A DNA stretch of 49,707 bases from a virus (lineage: Duplodnaviria; Caudoviricetes). Position numbers and translations under genes: made by a program. The stretch is taken from IMG/VR virus record IMGVR_UViG_3300027863_000054, positions 1 through 49,707 of that record; one strand, written 5' to 3'. The notes below the pieces were generated by a model that saw nothing but the letters and a program-made list of their open reading frames with translations, searched no databases and was not told where the DNA came from. Positions 1-9,275 of this stretch are shown here, one piece after another (position 1 is the first letter of the stretch; each line of letters opens with the position of its first letter).

Positions 1-208
1 CCTCTACACCAGAAATATCTGAATACTTTCCTATCTCACAAAGAAGCGGGGATAAGTTTACTTGTGTATTTGAGACTTTCTCAAGATATCCTCCTGAGTA
101 AATACCTCTTGGTGTTATTACACTATGCCTACGGTTAAAAACATAAGCATCCGCAGGGTCAAAATACTGTATACTTACAATCTGATTTCCTACATTTACA
201 TTACCCAT
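1..208 (-). CDS. Partial CDS running off the window start (MGNVNVGNQIVSIQYFDP...), probable tail/baseplate-associated protein
   Basis: Read by eye: GGAGG then ATG at 208, open to position 1; not in the ORF track; function from position only. Confidence 0.6.
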   Translation of the reverse strand, partial: MGNVNVGNQIVSIQYFDPADAYVFNRRHSVITPRGIYSGGYLEKVSNTQVNLSPLLCEIGKYSDISGVE

Positions 209-222
209 CTTTTAACCTCCTT

Positions 223-1860
223 TTATGACTTAGGCAATACATCTACTACTATTCTAAAAGCAACTCCATCTACTTTGTCTACATCAGGAAATGTAGAGGC
301 AATTTGCAAAGTATCGTTATCAAAACATAACCCTAACTCTGATAAACCATCTTGAACTAAATTCTGTGGAACGACAAATTCAAAACTAACTTTCTCTCCT
401 GTTTTCTTTACACTATCTATCGTTCCCTCAAAAACTATGTTTTCTAAATCAAATCCAGGGTCTCCAGGTGATTTATTCTTATTCCCTATACCTAATCTCC
501 ACTTACTTATCGCACTTATAAATGCATCATATCTCCAATCTAATCTCTTTCCATCATCTAAATTCCAAGCACTTGTTTCAGTCATATCTAAATACAATCG
601 TATAAACTCCCATACTGACATAGTTTTTGTCTTTATCTCTCCTAGAACTTCCATTACTTCAGAATTTTCTTTACATCTCGGATTCATATAAGTCTGATAT
701 TCATAGACAACATTAACTGGTCTGACTTTCTCAATCGTATTACTAAAGATTCTCATCATTCCACTTCTAAACAGATACTTATTTGGAACAACTCCATACG
801 CCTTATTTAACACTATCTCGTTTACAAGAAACGGTGCTTTAAAATACTTTCTTGGCGGGGTAAAATCTGAACTCCACAATACTTTACCTTTTACTATCCT
901 AAATGCATCTATACAACCCTTATAATACGGAGCAGTCCCTATACCTCTTGCTCCTAAAGCAAAATCAGCATCTATCAAAGGCAAATCTTTATTTTCTGAA
1001 GTCTCTACCTCTGTCCAAGAAACTTCTGAACCATCAATAAACAATCTTAACTTCCCAGCATATTCTCTACTTATACAAAAATGGTATCTTCTATTTGCTA
1101 CAATACTCACTTGCTTTTCATAGTTGCAGACTAAACTACCATTACTTTTCATAATAAATCCAACTGTTCCATTAGCCAAAACATATATATACCAAAAGTT
1201 GTTGCTGTTTTTATACTGACCACAAATATCATATTCAGCGTTTCTATCAGAAAACCATCCATACCAATCTATAGAAAATGCTCCTAAACCAAAATGAAAA
1301 TCTTCCGACTTCTCTATCTTTACATAGTCATTTATTCCATCAAACTTTAATGCTGGAAGCTTAGTCGTATCTATAACCATCTCACCATTGAAAACTAAAC
1401 TATGTCTTCCGGCTAAATCTAAAACATCGTCAACAGTCCTCCCTCCTGCCTGAAGCAGTAGAACCTCTAAACCAGTAAGCCTAAACTCATATGGAGCATA
1501 TTTTTCAACATCCTTTTCTCTATAATCCAGCAGCACAAAAGTCTTATAATCTTCTGTATACTTCTCAAAAATGTTTATATATGTCCCCAAAACAACTGAA
1601 ATTGCTTTTAAACTTGCATAACTTCCCTTAATCTTATACCAACCTACTGCATTATTTACCTGAAACCTCAAATCTCCTAATGATGTTTCTTCAGACTGCT
1701 CTACTTCCAGTCCTATCAGATTAGCAAGATGTGGTATCAACTGCGGACCTATTCTCCATACATCCTGAAACAGAGCCAAATCGCTTATTCTTGCAAGCCA
1801 AGTTCCTACCTCAAGATTACACACATCAATAAATTCTTTTAATGTTATGTCTCCAGGCAT
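223..1860 (-). CDS. Baseplate wedge/tail protein (P2 gpI / T4 gp7-like N-terminus) with an inserted LamG/concanavalin A-like domain
   Basis: LIPHLANLIG...WYKIKGS gpI-like motif; LKFDGINDYV...FSIDW...RYHFCIS...LRLFIDG...YKGCIDAFRI LamG signature; downstream of gp6-like wedge. Confidence 0.7.
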   Translation of the reverse strand: MPGDITLKEFIDVCNLEVGTWLARISDLALFQDVWRIGPQLIPHLANLIGLEVEQSEETSLGDLRFQVNNAVGWYKIKGSYASLKAISVVLGTYINIFEKYTEDYKTFVLLDYREKDVEKYAPYEFRLTGLEVLLLQAGGRTVDDVLDLAGRHSLVFNGEMVIDTTKLPALKFDGINDYVKIEKSEDFHFGLGAFSIDWYGWFSDRNAEYDICGQYKNSNNFWYIYVLANGTVGFIMKSNGSLVCNYEKQVSIVANRRYHFCISREYAGKLRLFIDGSEVSWTEVETSENKDLPLIDADFALGARGIGTAPYYKGCIDAFRIVKGKVLWSSDFTPPRKYFKAPFLVNEIVLNKAYGVVPNKYLFRSGMMRIFSNTIEKVRPVNVVYEYQTYMNPRCKENSEVMEVLGEIKTKTMSVWEFIRLYLDMTETSAWNLDDGKRLDWRYDAFISAISKWRLGIGNKNKSPGDPGFDLENIVFEGTIDSVKKTGEKVSFEFVVPQNLVQDGLSELGLCFDNDTLQIASTFPDVDKVDGVAFRIVVDVLPKS

Positions 1861-2231
1861 TATAACACCTCTGACAACAACGGATGAAACTTATCTGGAA
1901 TCAGTTGCATCAAATCTATATATATACAATATTCTACTGTTACTTCATCAACCCAATCTACAATCATTTCCAAGTCTAATTCCCTAAACAGCATTTTCTC
2001 TCCACCTGATGCCCATTCACATTCTATTTCCCAAGACTCTCTTAATACAGAATCAAGATGCCATTCTTGGTCTAAATTAAATCCTTGATTTAAATATATC
2101 TTGTCAAACTGCCAAATTTTCCTAATTTTACAAAGATAACTACTTTCTAAAGTAGCCTTTATTTCAAACCCTCGTAAACCTCCTATATTTCCACTATAAC
2201 TGGCACCACCGTATGAACGATTTCCAAACAT
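1860..2231 (-). CDS. Hypothetical baseplate protein, possibly the N-terminal part of the gpI-like gene
   Basis: TAATG overlap with next gene; IYLNQGFNLDQEWHLD resembles LYLD..WNLDDGKRLD in the downstream ORF. Confidence 0.5.
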   Translation of the reverse strand: MFGNRSYGGASYSGNIGGLRGFEIKATLESSYLCKIRKIWQFDKIYLNQGFNLDQEWHLDSVLRESWEIECEWASGGEKMLFRELDLEMIVDWVDEVTVEYCIYIDLMQLIPDKFHPLLSEVL

Positions 2232-2266
2232 TTATAATTCTCCCTTACTTTTATACTACTATCCTT

Positions 2267-2545
2267 TCATTTTACTATTGCCTCTATCTCCTCATCAGTT
2301 AAACCTAAACTTTTTAATTTTGCAACTGCGGATTGCTTGAGTAATTTTCTTTGCCTTTCTTCTTCCGTCTCTACTATCGGCGGTTTATAAACCTCAATTT
2401 GGTCTAATTCTTCTTTGCTTGCTACCTCATAGTAAGTATATCCTTCTTTTAGCGGATGTTTTCCTTTTGGTAGTTCTACTTTTGCTATGATGTTTCCATC
2501 TTTATCCTTAAAATATCCGTATCCTGTTTTGACTTCAAAATCCAT
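2267..2545 (-). CDS. Probable tail fibre assembly/chaperone protein (start corrected to MDFEVKTG)
   Basis: AAGGAGG upstream of ATG at 2545; follows the fibre gene; C-terminal KLKSLGLTDEEIEAI typical of small fibre-associated proteins. Confidence 0.5.
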   Translation of the reverse strand: MDFEVKTGYGYFKDKDGNIIAKVELPKGKHPLKEGYTYYEVASKEELDQIEVYKPPIVETEEERQRKLLKQSAVAKLKSLGLTDEEIEAIVK

Positions 2546-2555
2546 ATTTACCTCC

Positions 2556-3491
2556 TTAACTCCATAATGGTATCCAATAAATAGTGGCTGAGCCAGCCGA
2601 AATAGTAACTTTCCAATATTCATTCTTTGGAGTAGGAAAAAATATATATAATGTTGGTGCAGGAGATGTAGCCGCAGAATAGGCGTCTGCTCTTATTGTA
2701 GTTGGGGGATTACCACCATCACAGTATCCTGTTACCCTATCTCCTCCACCACTCCCATTATTTATGGCACAAACAAATCCATCCGCTGTTGCCTGGTAGA
2801 CTGTTCCAGCAGATTTAGAAACCCAAGCACCTAATTTTGGAGCTAAACTACTCTTTTTTACCTTCTTCTTCGCATAACTCGCTTCGCTATCTTCTATTAA
2901 AACTATATCATTATCAGAAAGAGTAGTTTTTTCGGTTAAAGCATTGATTTCACCTGTTCCTGCTCTCTGGAAGAAGTCAGAAGCATCTTTGTTATCTACT
3001 TTATCTACATTAAATTGTGCTGATATATCTGTCCAAGATGAGCCATTATCCCAATATAATTTCTTTGTGTCAGTTGCCCAGTAAAATCTATCCTTTTTAT
3101 AAATCGTAGGTTTATTTGCATCGAGACCAGACAGGACTTTGGTTTCTATATCCTCTACCATCTTCTTGGTAGGAGCAAGAATTATTCTATATGTCTTTCC
3201 TGAAGTATTATGATTTTTAGCAATCGTTCCTTCTTGTCCTCTCTGAATCGTATAAGTCGTATTTCCACCTGAACTTTGAGCATTAGTCACCCTTACAATT
3301 TCTACATTCGGGTCTTCAGCCGGGTCGAAATAATCTGTATAGTTGTAAACTACAACATTAAAGGCACCATCTGTACTCGGATTAGGAAATTTACTTGCAT
3401 CACTATCGGATATAACTAAAAATGTATCTGTATCTGAGATACCTAGCACTAAAGTACCATATGCAAAATTTCTAACTGGGTCTAAAGCCAT
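2556..3491 (-). CDS. Tail fibre / receptor-binding-like protein
   Basis: EIVRVT...IQRGQEGT N-terminal module; FYWATDTKKLYWDNGSSW motif; beta-rich C-terminal tip; position after baseplate. Confidence 0.6.
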   Translation of the reverse strand: MALDPVRNFAYGTLVLGISDTDTFLVISDSDASKFPNPSTDGAFNVVVYNYTDYFDPAEDPNVEIVRVTNAQSSGGNTTYTIQRGQEGTIAKNHNTSGKTYRIILAPTKKMVEDIETKVLSGLDANKPTIYKKDRFYWATDTKKLYWDNGSSWTDISAQFNVDKVDNKDASDFFQRAGTGEINALTEKTTLSDNDIVLIEDSEASYAKKKVKKSSLAPKLGAWVSKSAGTVYQATADGFVCAINNGSGGGDRVTGYCDGGNPPTTIRADAYSAATSPAPTLYIFFPTPKNEYWKVTISAGSATIYWIPLWS

Positions 3492-3504
3492 TTTTCACCT
3501 CCAA

Positions 3505-3999
3505 CTATTTTAACTTTACTCTAACTTTTGCAGTCATCGTATCCCCATCAAGAATCAATCTCTCAACTGACAAAGGCATATATCCAATCAAGTATCCTGT
3601 ATTGTCAGAAGTAGTTGCTAAAAATAACAGATTTATCGGTCCTATATCCCCACCTGAAGCCGTAAAATATACTTCAGCACTTACTACCCTATAATCTCCT
3701 TCGTGCATTTCAAGAGTCGGAAATCCTACATTATTCCTTGCTAAAGGCTGTGGCGAATATCCATTACCTGAAGGCTCATTCTGAATCGTTGTTAAAGTAT
3801 CTGTATCTTCCAATACATCCCTTGCAAGACGAGCATAAAAAGTATTAGTTATTGAAGCATTTCTAAAAAAGACATCAAGCATTAACATCTCTCCTTGGTC
3901 AACTAAAGCATTTCTTCCTTCTTCTTGCCATCGCAAGTTTCCATTCTTATCAAAACATTTTAATTCCCAAATCGCTTCATAAAATTTATGCTTACCCAT
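3505..3999 (-). CDS. Virion structural protein (baseplate/fibre attachment)
   Basis: NALVDQGE...EPSGNGY...FTASGGDIGP pattern common in phage tail modules; synteny. Confidence 0.5.
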   Translation of the reverse strand: MGKHKFYEAIWELKCFDKNGNLRWQEEGRNALVDQGEMLMLDVFFRNASITNTFYARLARDVLEDTDTLTTIQNEPSGNGYSPQPLARNNVGFPTLEMHEGDYRVVSAEVYFTASGGDIGPINLLFLATTSDNTGYLIGYMPLSVERLILDGDTMTAKVRVKLK

Positions 4000-4009
4000 C
4001 CTCTACCTC

Positions 4010-5692
4010 CTAACTTGAGAAACTTACGCTTTTTACCTCTACTCCATACAACTTACAAATCTGATTAAAATTTACTACTATATCTCTTTCTGCATCCTGC
4101 CTATATAAAACATAAACTGTCTCTGACGGCGCTGGACTTATACTAACTGATATATCACCTAAACTATAGTCAACTGTTCCTGAAACTGTATAAGTGCTTC
4201 CACTTACTGCAACTATGTTTCCTTCTCCGTCATCTTCTCCTATCTGAACATCTCCAACAAATAACTGAATCGAGTTCTTCTCCACAGGCAAAGCAGTTAA
4301 CTTCTCTACCCAATTACTTCCTTGCAAAACTAATTCTTTTCTCAATCTTAAATCCATATATACATAATCTACACCTTCTACTTGCTCTATCTCTGCAATA
4401 ATATCTGAATACCTTTTACTTATTCCTAATCTTGTAGTTAAACCTAATTGAAATAAACTCTCAATCAACTTTTCAACAGCACTCTGAACTAACGAAAGCG
4501 TATAGTTTTTCTTAACCCTCAAATCTAAAACTACATATACATCTAATATGTCTGCAGAAACGAATTCATACCTTACAGTTAGAATAGATTTTTGTCTTAA
4601 AAACTCTACTAATTCTTCCTCAAAATCTGTAGTTGGAGAACCCCATCCTTGCAATATCATAGCAATTCTAACCCAATTAAACATATTGTAATTAGGCGAA
4701 CCTTCTTCTCTTTCACCCCATACACTTGCTGTAGCAACACCAGGATAACTCTCTACCAAAGCACTAAAGTCATCCTTCGTAACTGCTCTATCTCCTGTTC
4801 TAAATACTCGTGGTGCATTATACTTTATCTCTTCTATACTCTCTTCGTCATCACCACCTACTACGGGATTGTCATTTGTCACCTTAACTTCAACTGGACT
4901 TCCAGCTTCATCAAATATAACAGAACTTACCTTTGTTATCATATTTGTTCCATAAACATTTCCATTCACACCAACAGTCTTAACAAACCTTATTAAAATC
5001 ATTGAACCACTCTGCGGTATAGCACCTCTTGAACCATTTCCAAATCTAATTAACAAAGTTCCATCATACTGAAGCACAACTGTATAGTGCCTATCAGTAG
5101 GCTCTGACAATATAAAACTATCTACCTGTTCCCATAATATACCATCTACATATACCCAAAGACTCTTATCCTCTACATCAACTTCATCAATTACATATTC
5201 TTGATACTCTTGCCCTGAACCCGTCATAGTCCTTTCTACTAACTCACCTTGAACTACTTCCACATCCATACTGGTCTGACCTTTTAATAGAACCACATCT
5301 TTTATAGTCAAATACTTCGTTCCATCTGCTGTTTCCACTACCGTATAACGAGGAATATAAATATTCTTGCTATGCGCAGTATCAAGATAAAATCTTACAT
5401 AACCTTTTGCTGATACCTTTCTTCTTGGTTTGTAATTTATTAACTTAACTAAACTTAAAACAGAAGACTTTAACTTTGCTGTATCAAGATAGCACTCTTC
5501 TGCTCTCCTTTCCAGATAGTATAAAACCATCTCACCTACATAGGCAAATAATTCAATCAACATCTGCCCAGTAGATGATTCATACATATCTTTCCAAGTT
5601 TCTTTCTTCCTTAATCTTTCCTGCAGTCTTTTTACCAATGTCTCAAAATTGTAATCTATAAACAAATAATTCTCTGGCATATCATCCTCCAA
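4010..5692 (-). CDS. Baseplate wedge subunit (T4 gp6 / baseplate J-like)
   Basis: GQMLIELFAY, YLDTAKL, IRFGNG..GAIP, GGDDEESIEEIK.NAP, DRAVTKDDF are gp6 motifs. Confidence 0.92.
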   Translation of the reverse strand: MEDDMPENYLFIDYNFETLVKRLQERLRKKETWKDMYESSTGQMLIELFAYVGEMVLYYLERRAEECYLDTAKLKSSVLSLVKLINYKPRRKVSAKGYVRFYLDTAHSKNIYIPRYTVVETADGTKYLTIKDVVLLKGQTSMDVEVVQGELVERTMTGSGQEYQEYVIDEVDVEDKSLWVYVDGILWEQVDSFILSEPTDRHYTVVLQYDGTLLIRFGNGSRGAIPQSGSMILIRFVKTVGVNGNVYGTNMITKVSSVIFDEAGSPVEVKVTNDNPVVGGDDEESIEEIKYNAPRVFRTGDRAVTKDDFSALVESYPGVATASVWGEREEGSPNYNMFNWVRIAMILQGWGSPTTDFEEELVEFLRQKSILTVRYEFVSADILDVYVVLDLRVKKNYTLSLVQSAVEKLIESLFQLGLTTRLGISKRYSDIIAEIEQVEGVDYVYMDLRLRKELVLQGSNWVEKLTALPVEKNSIQLFVGDVQIGEDDGEGNIVAVSGSTYTVSGTVDYSLGDISVSISPAPSETVYVLYRQDAERDIVVNFNQICKLYGVEVKSVSFSS

Positions 5693-6059
5693 TTCTCTTT
5701 GTATACTCTAAAATCTCCTCATTCCCTTTTACTACAAACTGTATAGTCATATCCAAATAGTTTCTATCTGGATTCGGAGCAAATTTTATTCCTACAACAG
5801 TTACTCTCGGGTCCCAAGTCTCTATTACTCTTTTAACTTCATCTGAAACAAATGTTGCCAATCTCTCATCCATCGGCTCAAATAATAAGTCCTTCAATCT
5901 ACTTGCAAATTGAGGAAGCATTACTCTTTCTCCCGGATGCGTCCCAAGTATATTATCTATACTCGTATACACAGCCTCTATATTCTTAACAATCTTTAAA
6001 TCACCTTTTGCATCCTTAATAAACTGGTGATGTATATCTGACCAAATTACCTTTTCCAT
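5682..6059 (-). CDS. Baseplate wedge / sheath initiator (T4 gp25-like)
   Basis: SIDNILGTHPGERVMLPQF.S.L..LLFEP...WDPRV. Confidence 0.93.
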   Translation of the reverse strand: MEKVIWSDIHHQFIKDAKGDLKIVKNIEAVYTSIDNILGTHPGERVMLPQFASRLKDLLFEPMDERLATFVSDEVKRVIETWDPRVTVVGIKFAPNPDRNYLDMTIQFVVKGNEEILEYTKRIGG

Positions 6060-6060
6060 A

Positions 6061-6336
6061 TCACTCTATATATATCTTTCTATCAGGTGGTGTTAACCTT
6101 GCTCCACAACCTGCTACCGCCTGCTCAGTTAATATTAACTTTCCATTACAATAACTTTTTACTGTCACTGCTGAAATACTCGTCACCCCATGCTCCGGAT
6201 GGGCACAACTGTGCATTGCTTCCTCAACAGCAACCTCTATTCCATTCACCTTAAACCTACCATCCTGATTATGACTTATAACTGTTCCGCCGTGGTCTGA
6301 ACTATCCCCTAATAAAGCAATCCTTTTACCAGACAT
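6061..6336 (-). CDS. PAAR-family spike tip protein
   Basis: LLGDSSDHGG...C.HPEHG...AGCGARL metal-binding PAAR pattern next to the spike gene. Confidence 0.88.
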   Translation of the reverse strand: MSGKRIALLGDSSDHGGTVISHNQDGRFKVNGIEVAVEEAMHSCAHPEHGVTSISAVTVKSYCNGKLILTEQAVAGCGARLTPPDRKIYIE

Positions 6337-6363
6337 TTCTCTTACCTCCTTTTTCTCTTACAA

Positions 6364-6828
6364 TCATACCGGGTTAATATTTACCGTTGCCCCTGAAATT
6401 GTTACATTCCCATCACCATCTATAACAACATAAGCATTACTCGGATGCGTCAATTTAACTACTTTATCTTTGTCATCTATTTCAAAAACTATTCCTGAAC
6501 TCAATTTAAAAACTCTCTTACTTGGATAATTTCCTACTCTTTCTTGAGGCATATCTTTTCCTGAAACAGCTTCAGCAAAATAAACAGGTTGATACATATC
6601 TCCGTTTTCAAAGAAAACAAATACATAAGACCCTACATCTGGAACACAGAACGAACCTTTATCACTTCCTGCTCCTGTAAATAAAGGCATAGCAGGAACA
6701 GCCCACGGAAGTATATTAGCATCAATTCCTACAAAAAACGGATAAATCTCCACTTTTATTCTACCTAATTTCTGTGGGTCATTATTATCTAAAACTTTGC
6801 CCCTAAAAATTCCAACTATTTCACCCAT
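6364..6828 (-). CDS. Baseplate central spike (gp5/gpV OB-fold), short, without a lysozyme domain
   Basis: RGKVLDNNDPQKLGRIKV...LPWA...VPDVGSYVFVFFENGDMYQP. Confidence 0.9.
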   Translation of the reverse strand: MGEIVGIFRGKVLDNNDPQKLGRIKVEIYPFFVGIDANILPWAVPAMPLFTGAGSDKGSFCVPDVGSYVFVFFENGDMYQPVYFAEAVSGKDMPQERVGNYPSKRVFKLSSGIVFEIDDKDKVVKLTHPSNAYVVIDGDGNVTISGATVNINPV

Positions 6829-6829
6829 A

Positions 6830-8008
6830 TTAATAACCTTTCTTCTTTCCCGCTTTCAACAAAGTTGTTGGCATAGTCGTATCTATACCATTTCTGGTCA
6901 GCAACAATCTCATTCTATGTGAACTCGTTAAAGAATGCACTACTCTTTCTACCATCCATAACCCCGCATACTGAAATACATACGGGTCTCCTGTATACAT
7001 TGCATCTGGAATCAATACATCTACTAAATCTCCCGGTGCTACATTTATATCCCCAGGAACTAAAATCCACATTTTTAATAAATTCATTAACCTTTTAGAC
7101 AATTTTGATTTCATCTGCACTTTATAGTCAAAAATAGAACTCCTGCCTAAAAATATCTGCCTACTTACTTCCTCTGCATCTGCCTCGATTAAAAAGTAAT
7201 CTGTCAAACTCATAAAATCTGACAAATCTACTTTATCAGTTATATAAGCTCTATTATCCCAATCAAAGTATTCATACTTTTGAATTTTTACTCCAAAAGA
7301 ACTTAATACTCCAAAACTATCTACTATTTGAAAATCAAACATAGGCTCTCTATCTTCAAATCCTACATCGTTCATTATATATTTCTTTTTTACTGAAGCA
7401 TTTATTAACTCTTTTAAAGCCCTAAACACAAAAACATTCTTGTGATTTACCCTTTTTACAAAACATCTAAAATCGTGTTCTCCTACTCTACCACTTAATC
7501 TTTGTCGCAAATCTTTTAAAAACTTAGCATTAGTCTGCATTCCTTGAACAAGATTCATCGAATAATTCAAAGATGGACTAATATCAACAGAATCACAACC
7601 TATTTCTTTTGCTATCTTCTCTAATGTTTCACTAATTTTTCCTGAAAACCCTCTAACTAAATCTCTATCAAATAACATCTTGTTGTCTAACAATCCACTA
7701 ATTTCAAAAATTGCTTGCATTCTTGACTGACTTTCAGGAAACTTTCTATACACCAAAAAGTTAAATGAATTGTCTAACTCCTCACTTATAGATTTACCTA
7801 CTTCTACATACATCTTATTTACTGTCTTATCTGACGGTAAAGTATGCACAAATAAACCTGTTGGGTCGTAAATAGAAAACCTAAATAAAGGCAGAAACTT
7901 ATTCATATCTTGAATTATAGTAAACTCCCTAATCATATCAAAAGACATCGGAATTGTTGTTCCTGCTAACTCGAATCTCAACAAATAATTACCAGCAAGC
8001 TCAATCAT
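6830..8008 (-). CDS. Baseplate hub protein (gp27/gpD-like)
   Basis: C-terminal VPGDINVAPGDLVDV...YAGLWMVERVVH; directly upstream of the spike gene. Confidence 0.75.
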   Translation of the reverse strand: MIELAGNYLLRFELAGTTIPMSFDMIREFTIIQDMNKFLPLFRFSIYDPTGLFVHTLPSDKTVNKMYVEVGKSISEELDNSFNFLVYRKFPESQSRMQAIFEISGLLDNKMLFDRDLVRGFSGKISETLEKIAKEIGCDSVDISPSLNYSMNLVQGMQTNAKFLKDLRQRLSGRVGEHDFRCFVKRVNHKNVFVFRALKELINASVKKKYIMNDVGFEDREPMFDFQIVDSFGVLSSFGVKIQKYEYFDWDNRAYITDKVDLSDFMSLTDYFLIEADAEEVSRQIFLGRSSIFDYKVQMKSKLSKRLMNLLKMWILVPGDINVAPGDLVDVLIPDAMYTGDPYVFQYAGLWMVERVVHSLTSSHRMRLLLTRNGIDTTMPTTLLKAGKKKGY

Positions 8009-8013
8009 AAAAT

Positions 8014-8319
8014 TTACCTAATTCTCCACTTCTTTCCAAACTCGTAAACATCTAAAATATTTGGTATTACTAAAAGTTGACCTACCTGTAAATCTGTCAA
8101 AGGATTAAATATGTCATTTACTAAACAAATTACCCACCAATACTTCACTGTTCCGTAAGCATAATAACTAATTAAATCTGGACGCATTAAATCATCTTGT
8201 CTAACTCTATAATATGCAGGCTCATATCTCATCCTAAACCTCGATAAATAATGATGCAAAAAATCTAATTCTTTCTTACCTTCTACCTCTTCTACTGCAA
8301 AAAATCTTGTCCTATCCAT
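8014..8319 (-). CDS. LysM-type baseplate wedge protein (T4 gp53-like)
   Basis: RPDLISYYAYG..KYWWVICLVNDI.NP...GQLLVIP. Confidence 0.88.
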   Translation of the reverse strand: MDRTRFFAVEEVEGKKELDFLHHYLSRFRMRYEPAYYRVRQDDLMRPDLISYYAYGTVKYWWVICLVNDIFNPLTDLQVGQLLVIPNILDVYEFGKKWRIR

Positions 8320-9275
8320 TATGTCGTCTTAGATACTTCTATTTTTCTTTTTCCACTAAATACATCTTCCAATTCTTCCTTCGCCAAAGTTGCATAAGTC
8401 TGAAATATTACATCTACTGAAGCACTTATAGGATATCCCTCTGTTGTAAATCTGTTAGCATAAGTCACATTTATCCTTTTCATTATCACACTATTAAAAT
8501 ACAAAAATGGTCTCGCTCCTAAACCTACTTGTATTTCTATATTCTCCCCACCAGCATAACCAAAAATTCCTCCTCTAATTATAGGATTCGGACCAGGTGG
8601 CCACAATACATTAGCAGGAATTGTTGATAGCATTCCTGCAGGACCAGACAAGTTTACTTTAGGACCTTGAGACGGCAAACCTAATTTCTTTAAACTCAAA
8701 CAAGGAACCACTACCTCATTATAAGCATCTTCATCTGCTTCAAACCTTAACTTCATATTTATTTCAATAGGCTCTGTCCCCATCCAAACTCGTCTTGTTG
8801 TCCATCTTGTTATTAAAGTTCCTCCTACCATCTGTGCCATAGCCTGCCATTCTGGTCTCGGCTCATACTTCGAAGGTATAAACGACTGCCAATTAGTCTC
8901 TACCCTTAAACTTATCTCTTCCTGCAAAATCGCTATTAAATCAACTAAAGTAGGTCCACTACTACCTATATCTATTTTTCTTGCAAAAATTCTAACAAGA
9001 TATTCTGGTGCTATTCTATCTAACATCCTCTTCGAAACAGTATTTCTAATTATCTGACCACCCCAAGCACTGCTACCTTTTGTCCTATGAATTCTTGGCA
9101 CATTGTAAAGAACATTAAAGAATCTTGCAGGGTCTTTTTGTTGCATTATTTGAGCTACATCCAACCCAGACCCTATATTCCTTTGTGCTTCAGCAACATA
9201 CTTATCCTTTCCTTTCTGAACATCACTTATCCTCTGCTGAAGGTTATTTACTAATCTTCTAATATTCTCTTCCAT
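8319..9275 (-). CDS. Tail tube initiator / baseplate-tube junction protein (gp48/gp54-like)
   Basis: VWMGTEPIEINMKLRF and RINVTY...GYPISASVDVIF; lies between tape measure and LysM gene. Confidence 0.6.
   Translation of the reverse strand: MEENIRRLVNNLQQRISDVQKGKDKYVAEAQRNIGSGLDVAQIMQQKDPARFFNVLYNVPRIHRTKGSSAWGGQIIRNTVSKRMLDRIAPEYLVRIFARKIDIGSSGPTLVDLIAILQEEISLRVETNWQSFIPSKYEPRPEWQAMAQMVGGTLITRWTTRRVWMGTEPIEINMKLRFEADEDAYNEVVVPCLSLKKLGLPSQGPKVNLSGPAGMLSTIPANVLWPPGPNPIIRGGIFGYAGGENIEIQVGLGARPFLYFNSVIMKRINVTYANRFTTEGYPISASVDVIFQTYATLAKEELEDVFSGKRKIEVSKTT

Noticed and set aside
2546-2623. Upstream extensions given by the ORF track for 2267, 18550 and 20685
   Set aside because: Downstream ATGs (2545, 19206, 21521) have clear SD sites and avoid long overlaps
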